From the human T2T-CHM13v2.0 reference genome, Homo sapiens, in NCBI RefSeq assembly GCF_009914755.1, contig NC_060933.1: a stretch of DNA of 64,000 bases. One strand, 5' to 3'. The notes below the pieces were generated by a model, which saw only the letters and a program-made list of their open reading frames with translations, did not search any database and was not told the DNA's origin. Each line of letters opens with the position of its first letter. Within the stretch, counting starts at the first letter, position 1. The translations under genes and the position numbers were made by a program. Shown here piece by piece: positions 1 to 16,032 of this stretch.

Positions 1-280
1 CCCAAACCACCTGCAGCTCATATTACTCATAGGCCATTTGTAATACATGATTTTACTACGTAAAATTCTACCTCCCCAGATAGTGAAAACTGGAAGAGCA
101 GGAATTCTGGAAAAGAAAATGACTTACATATTAGGTGTTCAATAAAAACTTGATGACTTATTAAATATATTGTCTGATTTCAGTCTTATGTCTGGTGATT
201 ACTTTTCCTGAGGTAATTCAGTAAAACCAGTGAAAATTTTTGTGTGTTTTAACCATTATGCTAAAAGGTATCTGCTCTCT

Positions 281-583
281 GCCAGGCGTGGTGGCTCACA
301 CCTGTAATCCCAGCACTTTGGGAGGCTGAGGCTAGATCACTTGAGGTCAGGAGTTGAACACCAGCCTGGCCAACATGGCAAAACCTCATCTCTACTAAAA
401 ATACAAAAATTAAACAGGCATGATGGTAGGCACCTGTAATCCCAGCTACTCAGGAGGCTGAGCTCAGCAGGAAAATAGCTTGAACCCAGAAGGCGGGAGG
501 TTGCAGTGAGCCAAGATTGCGCCACTGCACTCCAGCCTGGGCAATAGAGAAAAACTCCATCTCAAAACAAACAACCACCAAAA
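281..583 (+). mobile_element. AluS-type SINE
   Basis: GCCAGGCGTGGTGGCTCAC start, dimeric body with TACTAAAAATACAAAAATT linker, A-rich tail; degenerate flanking repeat (TATCTGCTCTC / TGTCTGCTCTC). Confidence 0.95.
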
Positions 584-1579
584 ACTGTCTGCTCTCAATC
601 TTTTGATTGAATAGTAAAACCAATATTTTTTTTAAAGGAAGGCTACTTCCCGAATGACCTTATCTACCTATGTGTCTGTGTAGTTGGCCATTAATCAAAT
701 GTCATTTATATCCCAAACTTCATTTTCATTCATTGTTGATTCGGTTGATACTCATGTCCATCTGTCTACAGATATACACTGTCACTCATCAGTGTTATAT
801 ACAAACCTTACTCATTTTATTATCACTAATGGGCTCAATCCTAAATAAGATCAAAGCTTATTTTTCCCTTTTGCATAGTATCTTCCAATAGTCAAGCTAA
901 AGAAGAAAAAAGCAAATTGCATTATGAAAATGCTATACTACACAGTCTGTTCTGTGAGGTGTAGAGCAAGCATTAATGACCCTTTTTTTCTGTGCCAGAT
1001 TGGAGGAGAAAAGAGAGAAGTAGAAACAATTAACTGTAGACAGATCAGACCTTTCAACTTTTTCATGCTTTATGACTGCAGTCCTAATGATAAAGAACCC
1101 CAGAGGCAATGTGAGCACTCCCTCGGGAGGGAATGTGAGTCTGGTATCTGGTCCTCTCTAACAGTTCATGCCTGGTAAGGATCATGGTGTCCTGGCATGA
1201 CAGACACCAAAAGTCCACATTTTCCAAGGGAATGAATGTTTACAAATACATTGGTTCCTTGATGTTACTAGAGCCCTCTTCCTATTCTCTCCTCTTTTCC
1301 TAATTCATGCCCCCTTATTACCTTAACAGAGGTGGGAGTTAATCAGGATGTAATAAAATTGAAAAAGTACCTAGGATGGAAGGGATTTGGAATTCTGAAT
1401 ATTGTGTTTTAAGTTGGAAAAAAAAGTTACATAAAATGTATTCTATTGTCTTGGCAGTTATTTACTTTGTTTTTTATCTTATAGTTTGTCTTCTTGAGAC
1501 TGTAGGCGTCTATAAACTGTGAACTAATTTAGATGCCACTCCTGAGGGCCTGGCACATGATTTGCACTTAATGAACAGC

Positions 1580-1950
1580 TGCTTTGGTCTGAATTTCTGT
1601 GTCCTCCTAAAATCCATATATTGAAATCTAATCTCCAATGCAGTAGTATCAAGAGGTAGAGCCTTTGGGGGTGATTAGGTCATGATAGTGTTTCCTTCAT
1701 GAATGAGATTAGTTTCTCTATAAATAAGGCCCGAGGGAGCTCTTTTGCCCCTTCTGCCATGTGAGAACACGTCTAGAAGGTGGCATCTATGAAGTAGAGT
1801 GGGCCCTCATCAGACACTGAATCTGTTGGTGCCTTGATCTTGGACTTCCACCCCCGCCCCCCCCCCCAAGAACTGTGAGAAACAACTTTATTGTTTTTAA
1901 GTTACTCAGTCTAAGATACTTTGTTATAGCCACCCAAAAGGACTAAGACA
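1580..1950 (+). mobile_element. MaLR solo LTR (MLT1A/B-like)
   Basis: TGCTTTGGTCTGAAT start, GGACTAAGACA end, CCTTGATCTTGGACTTCC motif; 5-bp TSD-like ACAGC/GCAGC. Confidence 0.85.
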
Positions 1951-2374
1951 GCAGCCACTAAAAAGTGTTCATTTTACCTCAATCAGCAATTTAAAAGGAA
2001 CAGCTATAGAAGTTGAACAACAGTCGTACTAAATGGTTCCTAAGGAAGTTATTTTTGAAAAAGTATAAATATCAACATGAAAAGGTTTCAGAATTCAGTG
2101 TATAAGTGAAAAAAGGACATGTTCTTGGTTTAATAATCATTTTGTTGCAGAGCACTTTTTTCGGAATAAAAAAAATTTGATTATTTCATTTAGGGAAGAT
2201 TAACAGGAAATAGTGTTATCAAACTGTGCCCTCAGTTTTATAGATGACTCAGTCTTAAAAACTCCACACATCGGAATGTGATGATGTGTTCATTAGCTGC
2301 TCTGTTTGACCTCACTTTAGTTTACGAATTCCCACCCTTTAGGAATCAAGATTACAAGGCTAAAGCAGTAAGTA

Positions 2375-2720
2375 ATAGGAAAGTCAACTTCAAATATATA
2401 CAGAAATACAAAGATCAATATAATGAACCCCTGTCTGCCACCCGGCTTCAAGAATTACTTCATAGACAATCTGTTTATTCTATAATCCCACTGACTGTTC
2501 ACCTCCGACGTTATTTTGAAGCATTTCTCATGTATGATTTCATCTATGAATATTTCCATGATAAGAATAAAAATTTCTTAATGTCAGAAAATATTTAGTG
2601 ACTATTCAAAATTTCAAATGTGTTATAAATGCCATGTTTTACATGTTGTTTATTTAAATCAGGATCCAAGTAAAGTCTATACATTGCAATTGGTTAATAC
2701 ATATTTTGTGTTTCTTTTAT
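2375..2720 (-). mobile_element. Ancient L1M 3' UTR fragment
   Basis: TTCAAATATATACAGAAA...TATAATGAACCCC resembles the antisense 3' end of old L1MC/ME elements; highly diverged. Confidence 0.4.
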
Positions 2721-2934
2721 TTTAGGCCATCTCTTTTAGTAAATGTCCTTGAATGTTTCTTAAGTTGCTGTATGTTCATGGACCATTTCCAGAGACTTTG
2801 ATTGGTTGTTTTAAAATAATTTTCACCCATTCTGTAGGTTGCCTGTTAATGCTGATGGTAGTTTCTTCCGCTGTGCAGAAAAGAACTCTGGACTCAGTTC
2901 CCAGAAAAACTAGTGAAAATTATTTTTTTAATCA

Positions 2935-3766
2935 TTTTTCTTTTTTTTTTTTTTAATTATACTTTAAGTGCTGGGATACATGTGCAGAACATGCAGGTTT
3001 GTTACGGAGGTATACATGTGCCGTGGTAGTTTGCTGTAACCATCAACCCGTCATCTACATTAGGTATTTTTCCTAATGCTATCCCTCCCCTAGCCCACAC
3101 CCTGACAGGCCCCGGTATGTGATGTTCCCCTCCCTGTGTCCATGTGTTCTTATTGTTCAACTCCCACTTATGAGTGAGAACATGCAGTGTTTGGTTTTCT
3201 ATTGGAATGATGGTTTCCAGCTTCATCCATGTCCCTGCAAAGGACATGAACTCATCCTTTTTTATGGCTGCATGGTATTCCATGGTGTATATGTGCCACA
3301 TTTTCTTTATCCAGTCTGTCATTGGATGGGCATTTGGGCTGGTTCCAAGTCTTTACTCTTGTGAATAGTGCCGCAATAAACATAGTGTGCATGTGTCTTT
3401 ATAGTAGAATGATTTATAATCCTTTGGGTATATGCCCAGTAATGGGATTGCTGGCTCAAATGGTATTTCTAGTTCTAGATCCTTGAGGAATCACCACACT
3501 GTATTGTTTCCTGACTTTTTAATGATCGCCATTCTAACTGGTGTGAGATGGTATCTCATGGTGGTTTTGATTAGCATTTCTCTAATGACCAGTGATGTTG
3601 AGCTTTTTTTCATGTTTGTTGACTGCATAAATGTCTTCTTTTGAGAAGTGTCTGTTCATATCCTTCGCCCACTTTTTGATGGGGTGGTTTGTTTCTTCTA
3701 AATTTGTTTAAGTTCCTTGTAGATTCTGGATATTAGCCCTTTGTCAGGTGGATAGATTGCAAAAAT
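2935..3766 (-). mobile_element. 5'-truncated L1PA (about L1PA7/8) 3' end
   Basis: Poly-T followed by ATTATACTTTAAG...; ORF 3002..3322 gives the ORF2 C-terminus [14 protein letters not shown]; small internal deletions near 3200 and 3500. Confidence 0.93.
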
Positions 3767-8295
<4,529 letters not shown>

Positions 8296-8299
8296 TATT

Positions 8300-8646
8300 C
8301 CAACAAATTCCATTTGTTGGAAACTTAATTTCTAAATTTATATATTGATGGCATTTGGAGGTGGAGCTTTTAGAAAGTAATTAGGATTAGATGAAGTCAT
8401 CAAGGTGGATCCCCCGTAAAGGAATAAGTGACTTCATAAGAAGAGTAAGAGAGCTAAGTTAGCACACTTGTTCTGTCTCACCATGTGATGCCTTTTGCCA
8501 TATCATTTTACAAGAAGGCCCTCACCAGATGCCAGTGCCATACTCTTGGACTTCCCAGCCTCCAAACCCATAAACTAAACCTCTATTCATTATAGATAAT
8601 CCAGTTTATGGTATTTAGTTACAGCAACAGAAAATGGGCTAAGACA
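8300..8646 (+). mobile_element. MaLR LTR (MSTC/MSTD-like), 5' end lost
   Basis: CAAGAAGGCCCTCACCAGATGC, CTCTTGGACTTCCCAGCCTCCA and terminal GGGCTAAGACA. Confidence 0.8.
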
Positions 8647-10600
8647 ACAATTAGGCAGGAAAAAGAAATAAAAGCCATCTAGATTGGAAAGGAAGTAAAA
8701 CTATTTCTAATTCCCAGACAACATAATCTTATACAGTATTTACAAAATCCTGTAGATTCCACTAAACGACAACTAGAACTAATAAACAAGCTCAGCAAGG
8801 TTGTAAGATACAACATTTATATACAAAACTCAACTGTATTCTCATACATTTCCAATGAACAATCCAAAATCAAATTATAAATATAATCCTATTATAAATA
8901 TTATAAAAAGGAATACAATACTTAGGAATAAACTTAACAAAATAACTGCAAAACATACTCTGCTTGTCCACTGCAAACTACAAAACATTGCTGAAAGAAA
9001 TAAGACACAAATAAATGGAAAGACATTTTATGTTCATACACTGGAAGACTTAATATTGTTAAGATGTCAGTACTACCCAAAGTGATCTAACAGACTCAAC
9101 ACAATCCCTATAAAAATCTCAATGGCATTTTTTTTGCAGAAACATAAAAATTCACTCTAAAATTTCCATGAAATCTCAAAGGACCCCCCAGTAGCCAAAA
9201 CAATCTTGAAAAAGAAAGACATTGGAAGTCTGACAATGCCTGATTTCAAAATATATTACAAAACTATAGTAATCAAAACAGTGTGGTACTGGCATAAAGA
9301 CAGACATATTGACAAATGGAAAGGAATAGAGAGCCCTGAAATAAATCCTTTTATATATAGTCAAATGATCTTCAACAAGGGTGCCAAAATCACTCAACAG
9401 GCAAAAGACAGTTTCTTTAACAAATGCTATTGTGAAAACTGGATATGCAAATGCAAAAGAATGAAGTTGGACTCTTACCACCATACACAAAAATTAACTC
9501 AAAATGGATTAATAACTTAAACACAAGACCAACAACCATGAAAGCACTAGAAGGAAGAAAACATACAGGGGAAAGATTTATGACATTAAATTTAGCATTA
9601 TTTTTGTGGATATGACATCAAAAGCACAGGCAACAAAAGCCAAAATAGACAAATGGAACTAGATCAAACTTTAAAACTTCTGTGCATCAAAGGACACAAT
9701 CAACATTGTAAAAGAGCAGCACTTGCAAACCATATATCTGATGAGGGGTTAATATCCAGAATATGAAAAGAACTCTTGTAATGCCACAAGAAATAATCCA
9801 ATTAAAAAGTGGGCAGAAGACTTGAATAGACATTTTTTCAATGATGATAGCAAATAACCAATAAACATGCATTGCTGCTTGACATCAGTAATTATTAGAG
9901 AAATAGAAATCAAAACCACATTGAGATATCACTTCACACCCATTACAATGGCTACTATCAAAAAAAACAGAAAATGTTGCCATAGATGTGGAAAAATTGG
10001 AACCCTTCCACACTTTTATTGGGAATATAATATGATGCAGCCACTATGGAAAACAGTATGGGGTTTTCTCAAAAATTAAAAATAGAAATACCATATGATT
10101 CAGCAATCACATCTTTGCATATGTTTCTAAAAGAATTGAAAGCAGGATCTCAAAGAAATTTGCACACCCATATTCATAGCAGCATTATTAAGAAGAGCCA
10201 AGAGATGGATGTTCATCAAGAGATGGACAGATAAAGAAAATGCAATTTACATGCAAATGTAGTATAAAACAAAATATTATTCAACCTTAAGAAGTATTTC
10301 CTTCATTTAGCAACAGGTATAGCATGCAAATGTAGTACAAAATAAAATATTCAACCTTAAAAAGGATTTCCTTCCTTTTTACTGCAAATACAAATGCAAA
10401 AGAATGAAGTTGGACTCATCACCATATTAAAAAAATTAAAGTGGATTGAAAACTTAAACACAAGACGAACAACTGTAAAGGAAGGAAAACCTTTTTAAGG
10501 TTCGATAATATTTTATTTTATACTACGTTTGCATGCTACCCCTGTTGCTAAACTGTGTACTTAAAAATTGTTAGGATTAGGTGAGTTTTGCTACAACCTT
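8647..10600 (+). mobile_element. L1MB-type 3' ORF2 and rearranged 3' UTR
   Basis: ORF 9206..9520 PDFKIYYKTIVIKTVWYWHKDRHIDKW; terminal ACTGTGTACTTAAAAATTGTTA motif at about 10552-10573. Confidence 0.88.
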
Positions 10601-10609
10601 TAAAAAGTT

Positions 10610-11745
10610 TTATTCTCAAAATTGTAAAACATTGTTCACATAAAGAATAAATAAATAGAAAAACATCCTGTGTTTATTGATCCGAAGAGTTAATATTAGA
10701 TTGTTAGGATGGCAATATTCTTGTAACTGATCTATGTATTCAACACAGAATTAAATGGAGAAATTTACAAAAACTACAGTCAGCATGAGATTTCTATTTT
10801 TCTCTCTTACAAATTGATGTGTCAGACAGAGAGCTTAAGGTTTGATATGGAAAATTTGAACAACATAATTATCAAACTTGATTAAGTAAACGTTTTATAT
10901 GCAATAATCAGAAAATATCTCTATACATTCTTTCAAGAACACATGGTACATTTACCAGAACTGATGATGTTTTAGAACAAATTGTCTCAATAAATTTTAA
11001 AGTAACTCTGGGTTTTTATCTAATCACAACACAAAATTAATGTTTAATAGTAAAAAATAATTTTAAAAATTTTATTTGGAAGTTATAAAGTACACTTTTA
11101 AATAATTCATATATCAAAGAATAAAGTGTCACTGGAAATTTTGGTTTTCTGTCAAACCATGAGATGCAGCCAAATATGTTCAGAGGGAAATTTATAGTTT
11201 TTAATGCTTATTTTCAAAAAGAAAAAAAATTAAGAAGTGAGGCCCCTAACTCAAGAAGTGATTAAAAAAGAAAAGCAGAACTTAATTAAATTAATGAAGT
11301 AGAAAACAAGGAGGATACATTTAAAAATAACTTACAGAACAGGAGAAGATATATGCAATACTTATAACTGAAAAAAAAAACAAAAACTGGTGTCCAGAAT
11401 ATCCAAAAACACCCTAACAAATCACTGACAAAAAGGCAAACAATCAATTAGAAAAGGGAGTAAAAGATTTAAATAGTTCAACAAAAGAGAAACTCTGCAT
11501 GGTGAATCACTATATGAATAAATGCTCAACCTTCTTAGTGATAAGAGAAATGAAAATTTAAAACACCACAATGAGATACCTCTACACCCCATCAGTTGAA
11601 CAAAAAATTAAGTATGACAACTCCAAGTTTGGGCAAAGATGTGGAGCATCAAGAGTTCTCATACAGTGCTAGTGAGAGCATAAATTGATAGAACCACATG
11701 GAGAAAATAATGTGACATTATCCAACTAAATTGAAGATAAGCCTA
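10610..11745 (+). mobile_element. Fragments of ancient L1M ORF2
   Basis: Degenerate L1 motifs (TACATTCTTTCAAGAACACATGG, AGAGGGAAATTTATAG, CCACAATGAGATACC). Confidence 0.6.
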
Positions 11746-11746
11746 C

Positions 11747-12430
11747 TGTAGCAGTCTGGATCCAATCAGGAGATAGAAACCCCACAATAGCCTAAACATG
11801 GAACTTTAATATCAGACTTAATACCTATGATTAAATAGCAACTATAAAATATGAGGAAAGAGTACCTAAGGAAAGACAAACGTGAAAGAGTTTCAGATCT
11901 CATTGGAGAACGTGTGTTTGGCCACTAGATAGCAAAAAAAAAATCTGCTGATGTAGCCAGACCACAGGTGGTCTGGAGTTTCTGAGCAAACAATAGGGAA
12001 CCCTCTAGTGTACAGGTAGGGAAGCAGGCAATCAGCAATACCTAGTGTGGCCTGCAATAGGAAGCTGGGGATGAAAGCAGAAGACCAGAGCATACCCATA
12101 CACACTAGCCCGCACAGGAAGTGGCAGCTCTGTGTTGTGAGCCTCTGTGCCACAGGGGGCTGTTGTGAAGGTCATGTGGGAGCTTTGGTTTTTATGTCCA
12201 GAGGGCTGTGAAGCTGCAATATTGCAGAGTAATCTCAGGCCTTGGTGGTTTCTAGTGGATGTCGTCACATCCACACCTCTGAAAAAATTGCAAGAAGCTT
12301 CTTTATCCTGCAATGTCCCTTCAACATCCTCACTGAAAAAAAGTTAACATAATGCTCACTTTAAAAGAGAAGTACTTGAGAGAATTCTATTATTAGTTGT
12401 AGACCATATATTGCAGGGTACATTTAGAGC
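11747..12430. mobile_element. Probable old LTR element interrupting L1M
   Basis: TGTAGCAGTCTGGATCCAATCAGGAGATAGAAACC start resembles antisense ERVL/MaLR LTR termini; GC content higher than the flanking L1; family not resolved. Confidence 0.4.
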
Positions 12431-12439
12431 TGAAAAGTG

Positions 12440-13410
12440 ATCAATTGCTAATGGAAATACCCTGTAATTTGAAATGCATGAATTTGTGTTGGATACACCA
12501 ACACATATATAAAAACGGTCATAGACGTTTTGTTTTAATTGCCCCAAATGGACACAACACAATGCTCAGAATGGATAAATGATTGTGGTATACTTATATG
12601 ATGGAATAATAACATCAATTAAAATCAACAAAGTAGAGCTTGTGCAACAATATGGCTGAACCTTTCAAACATAATGTTAAGTGGAAAAAAGCAAGACACT
12701 GTATAATACAAATTACATATCTTAGTCAATTCAAGCTATTGTAAAAATACTATAGACTGGATGCCTTAAACAACAAACATTTATTTCTCACAGTTCTAAA
12801 GGCTGGGAAGTGCAAGATAAAGTATTGGCAGATGTGGTATGTAGTGGAGCCCCACTTTTTGGCTTGTAGACTTCTTGCTGTAGCCTCACATGGCCGCTAG
12901 TGAACTCTAGTTTCTTTCTCTTCTTATAAGGACACTAATCCCATCATGGGGGCTCCACTTCCATGACCTCATCTAAACCTTGTGACCTCCCAAAGTTCCC
13001 ACCTTTGAATACCATCTCATTGAGGGTTAGGGTTTCAACATATGAACTTTGGGGAGACAGAAACCATGTAGTCTATAAAATTGCATGATTCCCTTTATAT
13101 CAAGTCCCCAACTAGGCAAAACTAAACTATATTATTCAAGGTTGCATACACAATTAGTAAAACTGTAGAGAAGTAAGGAAACCACTACCATAAAATTCAG
13201 GATTTTACTAACCTTTAGAAGGGAGGGAAAGGGTTATGATAGAGAAAGAATATATGGTGGGAAGGGCTTTCAGGGTACCGGAACTATCTCAATGTGATGA
13301 TAGTTAAGCTGATGTTTGCTTTATCAATGCTTATTTATGATTCATACTTTATATATAAATTTTATGTGCTTTTCTGTCTATATGTGTTACATCTTTTAAG
13401 AAGAAAAACA
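12440..13410 (+). mobile_element. L1ME-type 3' UTR (split by an MLT1 LTR)
   Basis: GAATGGATAAATGATTGTGGTATA, AACATAATGTTAAGTGGAAAAAAGCAAGAC and CATGATTCCCTTTATAT...AGGCAAAACTAAACTATA motifs. Confidence 0.65.
12718..13080 (-). mobile_element. MaLR solo LTR (MLT1A-like)
   Basis: TCTTAGTC start, CATTTATTTCTCACAGTTCT, TTCTTATAAGGACACTAATCCCAT, TTCAACATATGAA. Confidence 0.85.
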
Positions 13411-13599
13411 GTTTATGCCAGGAAACAACAAAATCCAGCCATGCCCACCCAGAGATTTTATAGGCAAAGTATATCATACATTGATGGAAGGAATAATCCT
13501 AATTTATGCAATTATTTCCAAAGAATACTTTGGAGAAAGCTCTTCTTTGAATCATGTATACTCCAATATATTTGTTCTTAAGAGGTTGGGCAGGATTAC

Positions 13600-13678
13600 T
13601 ATAACCTAAAGGTTCTGGGCACCATCCCCCAAGATTCTGATTCAGTAGGTCTGGGGTGGGGCCCAATAATTTGCATTT
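13600..13678. mobile_element. MER5A-like hAT-Charlie MITE, left part
   Basis: GATTCTGATTCAGTAGGTCTGGGGTGGGGCCC...TTTGCATTT core motif; continues at 19232. Confidence 0.8.
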
Positions 13679-14023
13679 TTTTTTATTTCAATAGTTTTTG
13701 GGGAACAGGTGTTGTTACCTGAGGATGGTCTTTAGTGTTGATTTCCAAAATTTTGGTACACCCATCACCCAAGCAGTGTACACTGTACCCAATATCTAGT
13801 CTTTTATCCCTCACCCACCTCCCACCCTGCCCCAGTGAGTCCCCAAAATTCATTATATCATTCTTGTGGCTTTGCATCCTTGTGGCTTAGCTCTAAGTGA
13901 GAGCATATGATGTTTGGTTTTCTGTTCCTTAGTTACTTCACTTATAATAATGGTCCCCAAATCCATCCAGGTTGCTGCAAATGCCATTATTTCATTCCTT
14001 TTTATAGCTGGGTAGTATTACAT

Positions 14024-14024
<1 letters not shown>

Positions 14025-14069
<45 letters not shown>
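14025..14069. repeat. (GT)n microsatellite
   Basis: About 22 uninterrupted GT units. Confidence 0.98.
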
Positions 14070-14073
<4 letters not shown>

Positions 14074-15360
14074 CAGATCACATTTTCTTCATCCACTCGT
14101 TGAATGATGGGAATTTGAGCTGGTTCCATATTTTTGCAGTTGTGAATTGTCCTGCTATAAACATGCCTATGCAAGTGTCTTTTTCATATAATGACTTCTT
14201 TTCCTCTGGGTAGACATAGATACCCAGTCATGGGATTGCTGGATCAAATGGTAGATGTCCTTTTAGTTTTTTTAAGGAATCTCCACACTGTTTTCCACAG
14301 TGGTTGTACTAGTTTACATGCCCACCAGCAATGTAAAAGTGTTCTCTTTCACCACATCAAGGCCAACATCTTTTTTTTTTTTTTAATTATGGCCATCCTT
14401 GCAGGATTAAGGTCGTATCACGTTGTGGTTTTGACTTGCATTTCCCTGATAATTAACAATATTGAGCATTTTTTCATGTTTGTTGGCCATTTGTATATCT
14501 TGTTTTCAGAATTTTCTATTCATATCCTTAGCCCACATTTTGATGGGATTGTTTTATTCTTGCTGATTTGTTTCAGTTCCTTGTGGATTCTGGATATTAG
14601 TCTTTTGTCAGATGCATAGTTTTTGAAGATTTTCTTCCACTCTGTGGGTTGTCTGTTTACTCTGCTGATTATTTCTTTTGCTGTGCGGAACCTTTTTTAT
14701 TTTGTTAAGTACCATCTATTTATCTTTGCTTTTGTTGCATTTGCTTTTGGGTTCTTTGTCATGAACTTTTTACCTAAGCCAATGTCTAGAAGGGTTTTTC
14801 TGATGTTATCTTCCAGAATTTTTATGGTTTCAGGTCTTTGGTCCATCTTGAGTTGACTTTTGCATAAAGTGAGAGGTGAGGATCCAGTTTCATTCTTCTA
14901 TGTGGCTTGCTAATTATCCAGCACCATTTGTTGAATAGGGTGTCCTTTCCCCACTTTATGTTTCTGTTTGCTTTGTCAAAGATTAGTTGGATATAAGTAT
15001 TGGACTTTATTTCTGGGTACTCTATTCTGTTCCGTTGGCGTATGTGTGCCTGTTTTTATACCAGTACCATGCTGTTTTGGTCACCATAGCCTTATAGAAT
15101 AGTTTGAAGTTGGATAATATGATACCTTCAGATTTGTTCTTTTCGCTTAGTCTTGCTTTGGCTATGTGGGCTATTTCATAGTTCCATTTGAATTTTAGGA
15201 TTGTTTTTTCTAGTTCTGTGAAGAATGATGGTGGTATATTGATAGGAATTGCAATGAATTTGTGCATTGCTTTTGGCAGTGTGGTCATTTTCACAATATT
15301 GGTTTTCCCTATCCATGAACATGGGATGTGTTTTCATTTGTTTGTGTGATCTATGATTTC

Positions 15361-16032
15361 TTTTTTATTATTATTATACTTTAAATTTTAGGGTACATGT
15401 GCACAACGTGCCCGTTTGTTACATATGTATACATGTGCCATGTTGGTGTGCTGCACCCATTAACTCATCATTTAACATTAGGTATATCTCCTAATGCTAT
15501 CCTTCCCCTCTCCCCCCACCCCATAATAGGCCCCGATGTGTGATGTTCCCCTTCCTGTGTCCATGTGTTCTCATGGTTCAATTCCCACCTATGAGTGAGA
15601 ACATGTGGTGTTTGGTTTTCTGCCCTTCCAATAGTTTGCTGAGAATGATGGTTTCCAGCTTCATCCATGTCCCTACAAAGGACATGAACTCATCATTTTT
15701 TATGGCTGCATAGTATTCCATGGTGTATATGTGCCACATTTTCTTAATCCAGTCTATCATTGTTGGACATTTGGGTTGGTTCCAAGTCTTTGCTATTGTG
15801 AATAGTGCCGCAGTAAACATACATGTGCATGTGTCTTTATAGCAGCATGATTTATAATCCTTTGGGTATATACCCAGTAATGGGATGGCTGGGTCAAATG
15901 GTATTTCTAGTTCTAGATCCCTGAAGAATCGCCACACTGACTTCCGCAATGGTTGAACTAGTTTACAGTCCCACCAACAGTGTAAAAGTGTTCCTATTTC
16001 TCCACATCCTCTCCAACACCTGTTGTTTCCTG
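15361..16032 (-). mobile_element. 5'-truncated young L1PA (about L1PA3-5) nested in L1PB
   Basis: ORF 15578..15949 is the ORF2 C-terminus ending HMFSLIGGN; TSD TGTGT(G/C)ATCTATGATTTCTTT at 15343 and 16033. Confidence 0.95.

Noticed and set aside
670-2598. Short ORFs in the AT-rich start of the window
   Set aside because: No homology I recognise, non-ATG or weak starts, and partial overlap with old repeat debris.
13992-14213. HT- and CV-repeat ORFs
   Set aside because: Translations of the (GT)n microsatellite inside an L1 3' region.
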